From the human T2T-CHM13v2.0 reference genome, Homo sapiens, in the NCBI RefSeq assembly GCF_009914755.1, contig NC_060942.1: DNA of 64,000 bases; one strand, 5' to 3'. This document shows positions 49,890 to 64,000 of this stretch, piece after piece. The notes under the pieces were generated by a model. The model was given only the letters and a program-made list of their open reading frames with translations, had not been told where the DNA came from and did not search any database. The position numbers and the translations under genes were made by a program. The first letter of the stretch is position 1. Each line of letters begins with the position of its first letter.

Positions 49890-51780
49890 GGGGAGCGCGG
49901 GTCCTTGGCCAGATCTTGAGTCTTGAGATATGTCTTCAGCATCTCCTGCTCCTCCTTGGGAAACGCTCCACCCGCCAGTGGGCCTGCGCCCTCCTCCCCT
50001 TCTTCGGGGTTCGGGTCCACCTCGTTTCCCCCACCCTCCCCAGGGCTGACTGCAAATCGGAGGGCGACTGCAGAGGCGGAATTCGGGGCAGAGCGGGGTC
50101 TCCCCAGCGGGCCACGTCCCACCAGCAGGTGGCGGTCGATCTGCAAGGCCTGCAAGGTGCCCGGACAGAAACTTGAGCAGATATTGGTGCCGCTGCCCGA
50201 GAAGAGCTCAGCCGAGTCTCCCCGAGCCCAGCTATCGGCATCCGCGAAAAAGCGGGGAGAGAAGGGCACGGGCTCTCCGCTGGAGCGACTCTGGGATTCA
50301 GACACCGCAAGCTGCTTTCGGAAGGGCTTCAGGAGGGGGTGAGTACTGAGCAGCGCACAGAAAAGGGAGCGCTGTCCTTTGCTGAAGGCATTGTCCTTGG
50401 CTTGCATTGAGTGGCTTTCCCACCCCCCGGGAAAGACATTTCGGGAAGGTGACGGTCTCAACAGAAGGAGGGAGCGCGGGAAAGAAGCCCCGGGAGCCGG
50501 CGCCTTCACGCCCCGCGGTCTGCAGCGGGAGGAGCGCGGGTTCCATCGCGCCAGATGGCGCTGTCTGGCTTTTCTCGGGCCTCGGGCGCCAGTCTCCAGA
50601 GGTCTCCGGCGCAGCTGCCTCTCTAGCCGGCCGACGCGGGCTCTGTGTTTCCGGGCGGAAGTGAGGCGCCCAGCGGAACGGCCTCTGGTGACATTTTCTT
50701 GGGGGCGGCGCGGACGACTGAAGGGACTTGGTGGTAGAGGCTGCGGAGGCGGCGAGGTTCACTTTGGTCCCGGCAGGGGCTCTGACCGCGACCCACTGCT
50801 CGCTGCCGGGGCTTGTTCCGAGGAGGAGAAGGCGGCGGTGGCCGTCGCGTCCTGAGTCACCGCAGCGGGGAAGAGTCCCGGCCGGGGGTTCGGTGCGTGC
50901 CCCGACGGGGCGCGCGCGAAGCGAGCGAGAAGGCACGGAGTCGCCGCGGAGCGCAGGTGAGGCGGGAAGGGGCGCAGGGCCGCGGCCTGGCTACTGGTCG
51001 AGTTGGGGGGCCCGGGTTGCGTCCCAGGGAGGGGTCGGGGCGAATCGGAGGGCTGCGGGCCGCGGTGAGGGCTCTGCGGCGTCCGGACGCTGGGGTCCTA
51101 GCGGGCCTGGCTGGTGGGCGCCGGGAACTCGCAGCCTGGATTGCCGGCTGACGCTGGGGCATCGCACCTCTCCGACCTCCTTGCTCGTCCGCCGTTGGTG
51201 ACCCTAGCGTCCTCCCGGCCCGGCGGAGTTGGCTCCGGCACTCCAAGCCCCCAGACGCTGGGGCCGGGTTGAGGCGAGTCCTTTTCCGGGGGTGCTGAGG
51301 GGAGGCTGGAGGTGCCGCAGTCCCCGGGCTGCGGGGGGAAGCGACTTCACGGCCCTGGAGTTGTCTTCACGCAACTTTCCGGCTCCTAGGCCCGCGGGGG
51401 AAGCAGTGGCGGCAACTCCGCCAGCTCCGAGAGTAGGGGGTCTGGCGCGGACACCTGCCCCTGCAGCGGAGAGCTCCGGCGCCGCGGCCGCAGTGGCCTT
51501 GGTGGAGGGAGAAAAGGCTTTCTTATAGGCTTGGCGCCGCCTGCCTCTCGGCGCTTCCACTACCTTCGGTCGGCAGGCGCCTCCAGTCAATGCGAGAGAT
51601 GTGTCAGTCTCCAAAATAGACCGCTTCTGGGGAGTTTGTCAACTTTATTTCAAAACCGGCGAGGATGTACACTGACGAACCCGTGTTAAAGACTATCGCC
51701 TTTACGCAAGCCATTCATTCTCACTTTAAAATTGTCCACCCCCCCGCCCCGACCCCCGTCCCCGGCAGCCCCCATCACAA
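49890..51780. promoter_or_regulatory. ARK2N: CpG island and probable bidirectional promoter with an inverted ETS/GABP pair (TTCCGG-GCGGAAGTG, 50649-50663), CTCF-like motifs (50122-50135, 50548-50561) and AP-1 TGAGTCA (50853-50859)
   Basis: Sharp rise in GC and CpG content against AT/Alu-rich flanks; motifs read directly. The gene name is inferred from the remembered order HAUS1 then C18orf25/ARK2N. Confidence 0.85.
50650..50956 (+). other. ARK2N: Non-coding first exon (5' UTR) of ARK2N/C18orf25; 5' end approximate
   Basis: No ATG in the interval; strong donor GCAG|GTGAGG at 50956/50957. No coding exon is in the window, so identity rests on synteny. Confidence 0.7.
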
Positions 51781-53045
51781 AATTGATGCTCACAGGTTGA
51801 AGTAGAGAACATCGGTACGAGCCCTACCAGATCCTTGAGCAGTTTCTGTTTGGATGGGTTTTTCGTTTTTTGCCTGACCTTTTGCTTTCTGAATCCTCTT
51901 ACCCAGTAGAATTAAAATCCTACTGATGATACTTCGTCAAGGTTGGACCTCTTAATTACAAAAACATCTGCCAATTTTGCTTAGGCTTTTATTGTGTAGT
52001 ATTGGGTACATGCTAACAGAATCACTCCCTTTCTTCTCTTGGGATATTTTAAGGATGGAAGCTATTAACTTTCTAATGTAGTTTTGCTGATCTTGGCAAT
52101 CTAGATTCCTCCAGTAATCAGAGCATTGCCTTTTGGTTTAACAAGCATTTTTAGAGGCCTACAATTGATAGTTACTGCCTGATGTCCTGAGGAGTCTCAG
52201 GACAAAAAAAAAAAAAACACATGGTTCAAGCAGTTATCCTGCCTCAGCCTCCCGAGTAGCTGGGATTACGGGCACGCGCCACCACGCCCAGCTAATTTTT
52301 GTATTTTTAGTAGAGACGGGGTTTTACCACGTTGGCCAAGCTGGTCTTGACCTCCTGACCTCGTGATCTGCCCGCCTTGGCTTCCCAAAGTGCTGGGATT
52401 ACAGGCGTGAGCCGTGGCGCCTGGACTGAATCAGATTTCTTAATGGGAAAAAAAATTTTTTCTGACAACTTTTTGTGGAAAATAGGATGGACTGGATATT
52501 GGAGCTGGAAACTTTCTCCATTGTTAGAATAAGTTCACCGTGTAGTTGTTACTTATTCACTTTATATTTAACATGCATTTATGTGAGAGTAACTGTCATA
52601 ATACTCTTTGTTTTATGGTTATGATTAATTCAAAACCCATATAGTAAAGATAAATTCAGCTTTAGGTTCTAATTTAATGCAGTTCCATTAGAACTGAGGG
52701 CTAATGCGTGTCCTTCAAAGGTTTCTTGCTTCTAATATTAATAGTGATATTGGTACTTTCAGTCTCTTTATTGTGTGACTAGTAAATTCTGTGCGCTTCT
52801 GTAGTTACTCATTATACAAGAAGTTGTTTTGTTGGGATTCCCAATCTTACAGCTTTTTTTGACACGTGCATGAACAGACTTGATAAATAGGCAATTTCAG
52901 TATTCTTCTTTCTAAAGTTTGGAATTCATGTACACTAGAGACCCAAACCTTTGGTAAATCATCTTAGATCTTCCTCATTTTCCTGCACATAACTGAGGAT
53001 ATGGAAATAGCATGTATTCATGTTTACTGAATAGACAGTACTTGA

Positions 53046-53372
<327 letters not shown>

Positions 53373-53839
53373 TAGCTGGGATTACAGGCATGTGCCACCA
53401 CGCCTGGCTAATTTTGTATTTTTAGTAGAGACGGGTTTTCTCTGTGTTGGTCAGGCTGGTCTCGAACTCCTGACCTCAGGCAATCTGCCTGCCTCGGCTC
53501 CCAGAGTGCTGGGATTACAGGTGTGAGCCACCACGGCTGGCTAATTTTTAAATTTTTTGTAGAGATGGAGTCTCCCTATGTTGCCCAGACTTGTCTTGAA
53601 CTCTTGGGCTCAGGCAGTCCTCCTGCCTTGGCCTCCCAAAGTGTTGGGATTAGAGTTGTGAGCAACTGCACCCGGCCTAAATGTTGGATTTTTAATGTGT
53701 TCCTTTAAGGAATAGTGATTTCATTATCTTCTGTTATTTTAGGAAAGAGTTTGGGACCAAATAAAGTTTCTTGGGTTACTGTAATTCTCTAGGCAAAATG
53801 AAGTACATATGATACTATGAATAAAAAGTTGTGAGACTA

Positions 53840-54215
<376 letters not shown>

Positions 54216-54904
54216 TGACTAATTTTTTATTTTTAGTAGAGATGTGGTTTCACCATGTTGGCCAGGTTGGTCTCGAATTCCTGACCTCAAGTGATCACCT
54301 GCCTCGGCCTCCCAAAGTGCTGGGATTACAGGTGTGAGCCACCGTGCCCGGCCTTGAGAGCCCATTTCTATAAAAAATTTAAAAACTTAGCTGGGTGGGG
54401 TGGTATGCATCTTTAGTCCCTGCTGCTTGTGGGGCTGAGGTGGAAGGATCGCTCAGGAGGTTGAGGCTACAGTGAGCTGTGACTGTGCCGCTGCACTCCA
54501 GCCTGGGCAACAAAGTGAGACCTTGTTTCAAAAAATAATAATTCATATGGAGAGTCTTTATTCTCACAACAACAATTTATTGAGTGTTTACTGTGTGCCA
54601 GCAGTGCTCTAGTTGCAGGAACTATAGTGGTGAATAAGACCAACAAGGCCACCTGGTGCTTAAGGAGCTTAGACATTTAAACCTGAGGTTCGAGTTGGAT
54701 TTCCAGGTGAGCATGCCAGGCTAGGGCAGCCTAACCAAAGTCATGATTATCAGTGCACTTGAATGGTTAAGTGGGGCCAGTGCCTTGAGTTTTCAAAAGG
54801 AATGGATAGGGCAGATGGAGATAGGGCCAAGTTGCAAAGGTACCTTATTAGTCCGCTAATGGGTTGGGAATTTTCTTCTTTTTGGAGGAAAGAATTCCAG
54901 GTAG

Positions 54905-55174
<270 letters not shown>

Positions 55175-55375
55175 TGATGCACCACCTCGGCCTCCCAAAG
55201 TGTTGGGATTATAGGCGGGAGCCACCATGCCTGGCCCTGACATAACTTTTTAAAGATTTTTCTGGGGCTACGTGCAGTGGCTCATGCCTGTAATCCCAGC
55301 ACGTTGGGAGGCTGAGGCCGGTGGATTGCTTGAGCCCAGGAGACCAGCCTGGGCAACATGGCAGAACCGTCTCTA

Positions 55376-55790
<415 letters not shown>

Positions 55791-56272
55791 TGAACTCCTG
55801 ACCTCAAGTGATCGCCCACCTTGGCCTCCCAAAGTGCTAGGATTACAGAGGTGAGCCACTGAGCCCAGCCCAGTGAATATAAATTTTATTGGTTTTATTT
55901 ATTTTAGTTTGGTTTATTTATTTTGATTTCTTGGTCATCAGATTAAATAAATCTGATAGTTATTTTTCTTTAGTTGTCAATTTCCAGTCTTGGTTTTGAG
56001 TTTGACTGTTGTCATGATACTCTTCTGAATCCTTTTAGCCTTTACCTGTACCTCTTTTCCTTACTTTTTCAGAACTCTTATGATTCCACTTAAAGAAGCA
56101 GTGTTTTTTACTTCTGTGTGGGCAGCTTCTCTCAGCAGAAGTGGGATTGATGTTCAGTCAGTCAGTTTTCACACTCAGCCTACAGGGCCTTGTAAAAGTA
56201 AGGAGCAGGAGCAGGGTGAAACTAAAAAGTAATCTTGCTTTTTTAAAGTTATCTTTTTTTTTTTTTTTTTGA

Positions 56273-56431
<159 letters not shown>

Positions 56432-57173
56432 TAGTAGAGAAGGGGTTTCTCCATGTTAGTCAGGCTGGTCTCAAACTCCCGACCTCAGGTAATCTGCCCG
56501 CCTTGGCCTCCCAAAGTGCTGGGATTACAGGTGTGAGCCACTGCGCCCGGCCTAAAGTTCTCTTCTATATTCCTGAACTGCTAGGAGAGGAAACTATGTG
56601 ATCTATGTGTTATACAGATTTATCGGAACATATTTGTAGCAGCTGATAATAGTAAATGTGATTTTAAAATACTTTAAAGTAGCCAATATAACTGAGATTT
56701 GATAAGTTGTTTGATTAGTTGTTAGGAATTTTGGCTTTAATTTACAGTGTTTTAAGTTTTGTTTCTGTTCTCTTTCATGTCTGTTCAAAATAAGGGACCT
56801 CATTCCTCTTTGCTCAGACTCTGCCACTTAATAGGTAGATGGTGTAAATTCCTAAATTATTAACTTGACTTTAAATAATTTTAAAACCTACCTAAATGAG
56901 TATTTTCTAGTTAAGTGACAATTAATCTAAAGTGGAAATCTATCAGCAGGGACTTAATGCATATGTGGTATTTATACCTGGTTAAATTAAAAACCCATTT
57001 ACTGAGCATTTACATGCCAGGTGGTAATGGGCACATAAAATAAGCAGTTTGGGGCAGGGCACGGTGGCTCACGCCTGTAATCCCAGCACTTTGGGAGGCC
57101 GAGGCGGGCGGATCACCTGAAGTTCGGAGTTTGAGACCAGCCTGACCAACTTGGAGAAACACTGTCTCTACTA

Positions 57174-57329
<156 letters not shown>

Positions 57330-57606
57330 TCAAAAAAAAAAACAACAATAAAAACAAAACAAGCAAGCAGTCTCTGCCCACAGAACTCAACCTAGTGAAC
57401 CAGATGATTTCTGAGTTTCCTTCCTGCTCTAAAATGTGGAGAAGAGAAAGTAGATTATAAGGGAAAAAAGTACTGCATAACAAAACAACTGTAGTATGGA
57501 ACTAGTGTTTTCCCTTATAAATTCATTTTAAATAAGGTATTAGAAAATAGCATTTTTCTTGGTATCTCTAAGCTTTAAAAGGCTGGAAACTTAAATGTCG
57601 TTTTTT

Positions 57607-57970
<364 letters not shown>

Positions 57971-58062
57971 TTAAGTTCTGATTGTTGTTCAGAGAGAAAC
58001 AACATTAAATCTGTTAAAACTTAGAGCAGCCATTCCTAAGAATGTATATAACCTAGAATTGT

Positions 58063-58350
58063 GCCAGGCATGGTGGCTTATGCCTGTAATCCCAGCACTT
58101 TGGGAGGCTGAGGCGGGCGGATCATGAGGTCAGGAGATCGAGACCATCCTGGCTAACGTGGTGAAACCCCGTCTCTACTAAAAATACAAAAAATTAGCCA
58201 GACGTGGTGGCGGGCACCTGTAGTCCCAGCTACTCGGGAGGTTTGAGGCAGGAGAATGGCATGAACCCAGGAGGAGGAGCTTGCAGTGAGCCAAGATCGC
58301 GCCACTGCACTCCAGCCTGGGCGACAGAGCGAGACTCCGTCTCAAAAAAA
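58063..58350 (+). mobile_element. AluY-like element (other AluY-like copies at ~20105-20402 -, ~38356-38657 +, ~39570-39866 -, ~44455-44744 -, ~63128-63432 -)
   Basis: Diagnostic-type residues GAGATCGAGACCATCCTGGCTAAC and GAATGGC(G/A)TGAACCC...GAGCTTGCAG. Confidence 0.75.
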
Positions 58351-60471
58351 AACAAAAAACTAGAATTGTGCTTGGGTAGTCTAGAAATTAAGTTTATTTT
58401 GATTGATTGATTGATTGATTGAGATGGGGTCTTACTATGTTGGCCAGGCTGGTCTCCAACTCCTGGGCCCAAGTGATCCTCCCATTTCAGCCTCTCATAG
58501 TGCTGGGATTACAGATGTGAGCCACTGTGCCTGGCTGAAATTAAGTTTTTATTAGCATAATTAGCATTAGAGAAACAAGATACTGACCAAAGTGACCAGT
58601 AGAAGTTATTTTTTTACTGAGTTGACTAGTTTAAAAAAATGACCTTTACAATAATGTCTGGAGTCTGCATTTTGTTAGGTGCCTTATAATTAGAGAAAGG
58701 TATTGTCGGGGATAGGGAAGTTGGGTGTGGACTAAAATTTAAGGAAAACAGGATTGTTTTTCTTTCTGTATTAAGAACAAAAACTTCATGTGGTTAAAAT
58801 TTTAAGCAGTATCCTGTCTGCCTTAGTTTTAACCTAGCATAGAAACATAGCTTGTTCTTAAATCAACAGTTTAGTGTCAAGGGTTTCTTACTATTTTTCT
58901 CTGCTGAAATCAACTAAGCACTTTGCAGTGAGCCTGAAGGTGTGTATAGTGGAGAGAATTTTGGCAGCTTTTATCTTGGGACCTCAGTTCCTGGCATGTG
59001 GTTATCCATCTTTATGTGAATTGTCTTCTGAAGGAGATAGAAAATGACCAGGGCAGAAATCTTGGAGAAAATTTAGAACCTTTGTTTTAGGGCCAGGCAT
59101 GGTAGCTCACACCTGTAATCTCAGCACCTTGGGAGGCAGAGTTGGGAGGGTAGCTTGAGCCCAGGAGTTTTAGACCAGCCGGGGCAACAAAGTGAAACCC
59201 TGTCTCTATTAAAAAATTACTTTTAAAAATTAAAAGAACCTCTGTTTTAAATTATTCTTGATTTACACTGATGATGCTTTTGAGTACTTTAGAGAGTCAT
59301 TAGCCACAGTGCTTTTTTTTTTTTTTTTTTTTGCATTTGATAACTTCTTTGGCTTCTTACTTGATGCTAGTTTATTCACAGCCCTGGTGCAGGTCCAGGT
59401 ACATGCCAGAAGTAGTAATATCTGCAATATGAAGTGATTTGAGCAGCCATTATCACCTTTGACCTATTTATAGAGTTTATATCAGTGGAGAAAAAGTTGG
59501 CTGGCAAGCAAGCAAAGCTGATCTCTGGTGGTTGCAATCTCACAATTTATATTTAAGTTCCGGGTAGGCCAAATTCAGTGCATTATGGACAGATCCATTC
59601 AGCTGTATTAATATTAGAGTTCCCTTTCTGTACTCTAACTTTTTAGCACTCCAGTTTCCCAGTCAGCTTCACTGTTGAAGGAAAGAAAACCGAAAAACTT
59701 ACCACACTAAAAAAAAAAAGGAAGAGTTCCTTAATGTAATATGATAGTCAGTGTTCAGATTTCCCTCTTATCTCATAAATGTGTCAGATCAAGAGCCAAA
59801 TAAGGTCTCTGCATTGTTTTGTAATCTGTAGGTTCCCCCTCCATTTCTTTTCCCTAGCAGATTATTAGTTACAAAAGAAGTTTTCCCAGTGTGGATTTAG
59901 CAGTTACATTCCTTTGGATTTCTGTGGTGGTGGTGGTAAACGTTTTTCTCTGACCCCTGGGTTTCTAGTTAATTGGTATTAGATTTAGAAGCTTGATCAG
60001 ATTGTTTCTATAATATATATTCTTTCTCTTGCTTCTTTTGCAGGGGATGAGGGGAATACTTTATAGATGGTACTTGGATCAGTAGGTGCATAATATTTGG
60101 TTCCCTGTGATGTTAGTAGCTGTTGGTGATCGTTGCCCAGTTGTGTTAATTTGTTACTCATAATTCCTTACTCTGAATGGGGCATCCTCTCTCATCAGTC
60201 CTAGTTTGAGTCTTTTATGCTTGTTTATAGCTTCTTCAAACTTTTCTTTCTTTTGAGGATTAAGGGAAGGGATGAGTTGCTGTGGAGAAAAGGGCTCTTT
60301 CTACTATATTGTATTTCTGTAAGTGTTTTTTATTTTAGTCCTAATCTTTGGTTCTTGCATTGTCTGCATTGTCTATGCTGCAGCTTCTTGGTGGGAAAAC
60401 TGACTCAAAATCCCAGCAAATAATTGAAAGAAGTCCTTCAAAACCAAATTTTTAAAAAAATTTTTTTCTGA

Positions 60472-60579
<108 letters not shown>

Positions 60580-60618
60580 TAGCTAGGATTACAGGTGTGT
60601 GCCACCATGCCTGGCTAA

Positions 60619-60750
<132 letters not shown>

Positions 60751-62775
60751 TAGGATTACAGGTGCCTACCACCACGCTTGGCTAATTTTTGGTATTTTTA
60801 GTAGAGACGGGGTTTCACTAGGTTGGCCAGGCTGGTCTCGAACTCCTGACCTCGTGATCTGCCTGCCTTGGCCTCCCAAAGTGCTGGGATTACAGGTGTA
60901 AGCCACTGCGCCCAGCAGTTTTTGTATTTTTAATAGAGACGGGGTTTCAGCATGTTGGCTAGGCTGGTCTCGAATTCCTGACCTTGTGATCTGCCTGCCT
61001 CGGCCTCCCAAAGTGCTGGGATGACAGGCGTGAGCTACTGCGCCCGGCCTCGAAAACCAAAATTTATGGCCAGGTGTTGTGGCTCACACTTGTCATCTCA
61101 GCACTTTGGGAGGCCAAGGTGGGCAGATGGCTTAAATACAGGAGTTTGAGACCAGACTGGGTAACATAGTGAAACTCCGTCTCTCCTAAAAATACAAAAA
61201 TTAGCCTGGCTTGGTGGCATGCGGCTGTAGTCCCAGCTACTCAGGAAGCTGAGGTGGGAGAATCACCTGAGCCTAGGAAGGTAAGGCTGCAATGAGCTGT
61301 GATTGTGCCACTACACTCCAGCCTGGGTGATAGAAGTGAGACCCTGTCTCTAACAACAACAACAACAACAACAAAGATTTAGGAAGATGAGTATTATGAA
61401 TGCAATGGAGTCTCTTCATAGAATTGAATGTGTAAGGAGAGGGGCCTTCATTTGAATTTTAGTAAGATACTGCTTTCTACCTCATTTTGTGGTTATGTAG
61501 CCAAAGATACTTAGTTTCATAGTGCCTGATTCTTGCATATTTGCGTATAGATACACAATCACTTTAAATGCAGTATTCTAAATGTAAGGAAACAGCTTTA
61601 CTAGGCTATTAGCAGTTGAGTCAGTTTTTGTCTTAGGTTTTATGTAGAAAGAAAAGGGAAGTTACTCTGTGAGAAATCATGTTGATTCTATGTAATGGAA
61701 TGTATTTTCATATACAAATGAATAGTACTTTTAAGCAAACAAGTTGTTTCATTAGTGGTCTTGGTTTAAAAGATTCAGTTGATCAATTCAACAAATATCA
61801 GATATTGATTATGTGTTAGGAACTGTGAGTGAACTGATACTGAACATGATCCCTGTTTTCATGGGAGATGCAACATAGAGGGCTGAGGGAGTAAGTAAAA
61901 ACATTTAGGTGCATAATTTGTTTCTTTTCAGTTGTCTTTCTCATAGTGTGCTATTTATTCTCCTCCCTCATGTATAAAGTTAACTCTTAACTTCTTGGGC
62001 TTAAATTTCCTCTGATAGCTCTGTGTGTGCACATGTGCCACAGTCAGAAAAATCAGGTAATAATTGTTAGGTGTTAATTTTCTTGGATGATTACTAGTAT
62101 TGTGATTGTCTTCCACCATTGTCATAGCTCTCTACTGTGCTAGCCAACTTGTCTAACTGAAATAACTTTTAAGTCTTTTTGTGACAATTGCTAAAGCCAG
62201 CAGGAAGTAGGTCCACAATAATGTTTGAAAGCCCTGCTTCATTCTAGTTTTATCTTCATGCATTGCAATTTGTCTCTTGTTTTCCAGTCTGCATATTCCC
62301 TATCCTCAATTCTTGTTTAAAAAACCAGGTAAGGCCGGGCGTGGTGGCTCATGCCTGTAATCCCAGTACTTTGTGAGGCCTAGGCGGGCAGATCACTTGA
62401 GGTCAGGAGTTTGAGACCAGCCTGGCCAACATGATGAAACCCCGACTCTACTAAAAATACAAAAATTAGCTGGGCTTGCTGGCTTACACTGGTAATCTCA
62501 GCTACTCAGGAGGCTGAGGAAGGAGAATCGCTTGAACCCAGGAGGTGGAGGTTTCTGTGAGCTGAGATCGTGCCACTGCACTGCAGCCTGGGCAGCTTGA
62601 GTGAGACCCTGTCTCAAAGAATAAAAATAAAAAAACAGGCAAAACTTCGAAAATACCTTAAGTTGGGCATTTTGGACAGGGAGGGGGGGCATTTTTTTGA
62701 AGTGTTTAGGTATAGAATAGGCAAACTTTCACAAAGAGCTAGGAGTGTTTTTATTTTATTATTTTTATTGATTGA

Positions 62776-63313
<538 letters not shown>

Positions 63314-63638
63314 TAGTAGAGAGGGGGTTTCACTGTGTTAGCCAGGATGGTTTTGAACTCCTGACCTCGTGATCCGCCCACCTCGGCCTCCCAAAGTGCT
63401 GGGATTACAGGCATGAGCCCCCGTGCCCGGCCGAATTTTGTTTTTTTAACCTTACTCCCAACTATTAAAGAACTTACTACTACTTTTTTTTTTTTTTAGA
63501 TGGAGTTTCTCTCTTGTTGCCCAGGCTGGAGTGCAGTGGTATGATCTAGGCTCACTGCAACCTCTGCCTCCCGGATTCAAGTGATTCTGCTGTCTCAGCC
63601 TCCCGAGTTGCTGGGATTACAGACATGCGTCATCATGA

Positions 63639-63947
<309 letters not shown>

Positions 63948-64000
63948 CTATAATGTTTTATATGATAACTGTCTTTTTTTTTTTGAGACGGAGTCTTGCT

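Noticed and set aside
50298-51614. Multiple 100-212 aa Pro/Arg/Gly/Ala-rich ORFs
   Set aside because: Expected in a stop-poor CpG island. Most start at non-ATG codons, and several cross the exon 1 donor.

Overview
Primate (most likely human) genomic DNA, very Alu-rich, with no prokaryotic features. The window holds the last four coding exons and 3' end of HAUS1 (+ strand, 226-~5270). A ~45 kb intergenic interval full of Alu, LTR, L1/L2/MIR and DNA-transposon remnants follows. A CpG-island promoter (~49.9-51.8 kb) then starts a + strand non-coding first exon, assigned to ARK2N/C18orf25 only from remembered gene order, and its first intron runs to the window end. Most ORFs in the supplied track are Alu, LTR or GC-content artefacts. 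Items most worth follow-up: (1) an ungapped 157-bp diverged duplication next to a minus-strand splice donor, plus several minus-strand exon-like segments that may be an antisense transcript or decayed gene; (2) a solo HERV-W LTR17 with intact promoter motifs, a disrupted poly(A) signal and a C22 run; (3) a MER41B-type LTR with one intact GAS/STAT motif; (4) a ~68-bp-arm inverted duplication and two small template-switch scars; (5) a near-perfect 198-bp tandem duplication; (6) a 193-codon divergent ORF at the promoter. No new biological system can be demonstrated from sequence alone. Repeat family names come from recalled consensus sequences, and their boundaries are approximate unless target-site duplications (TSDs) are cited.
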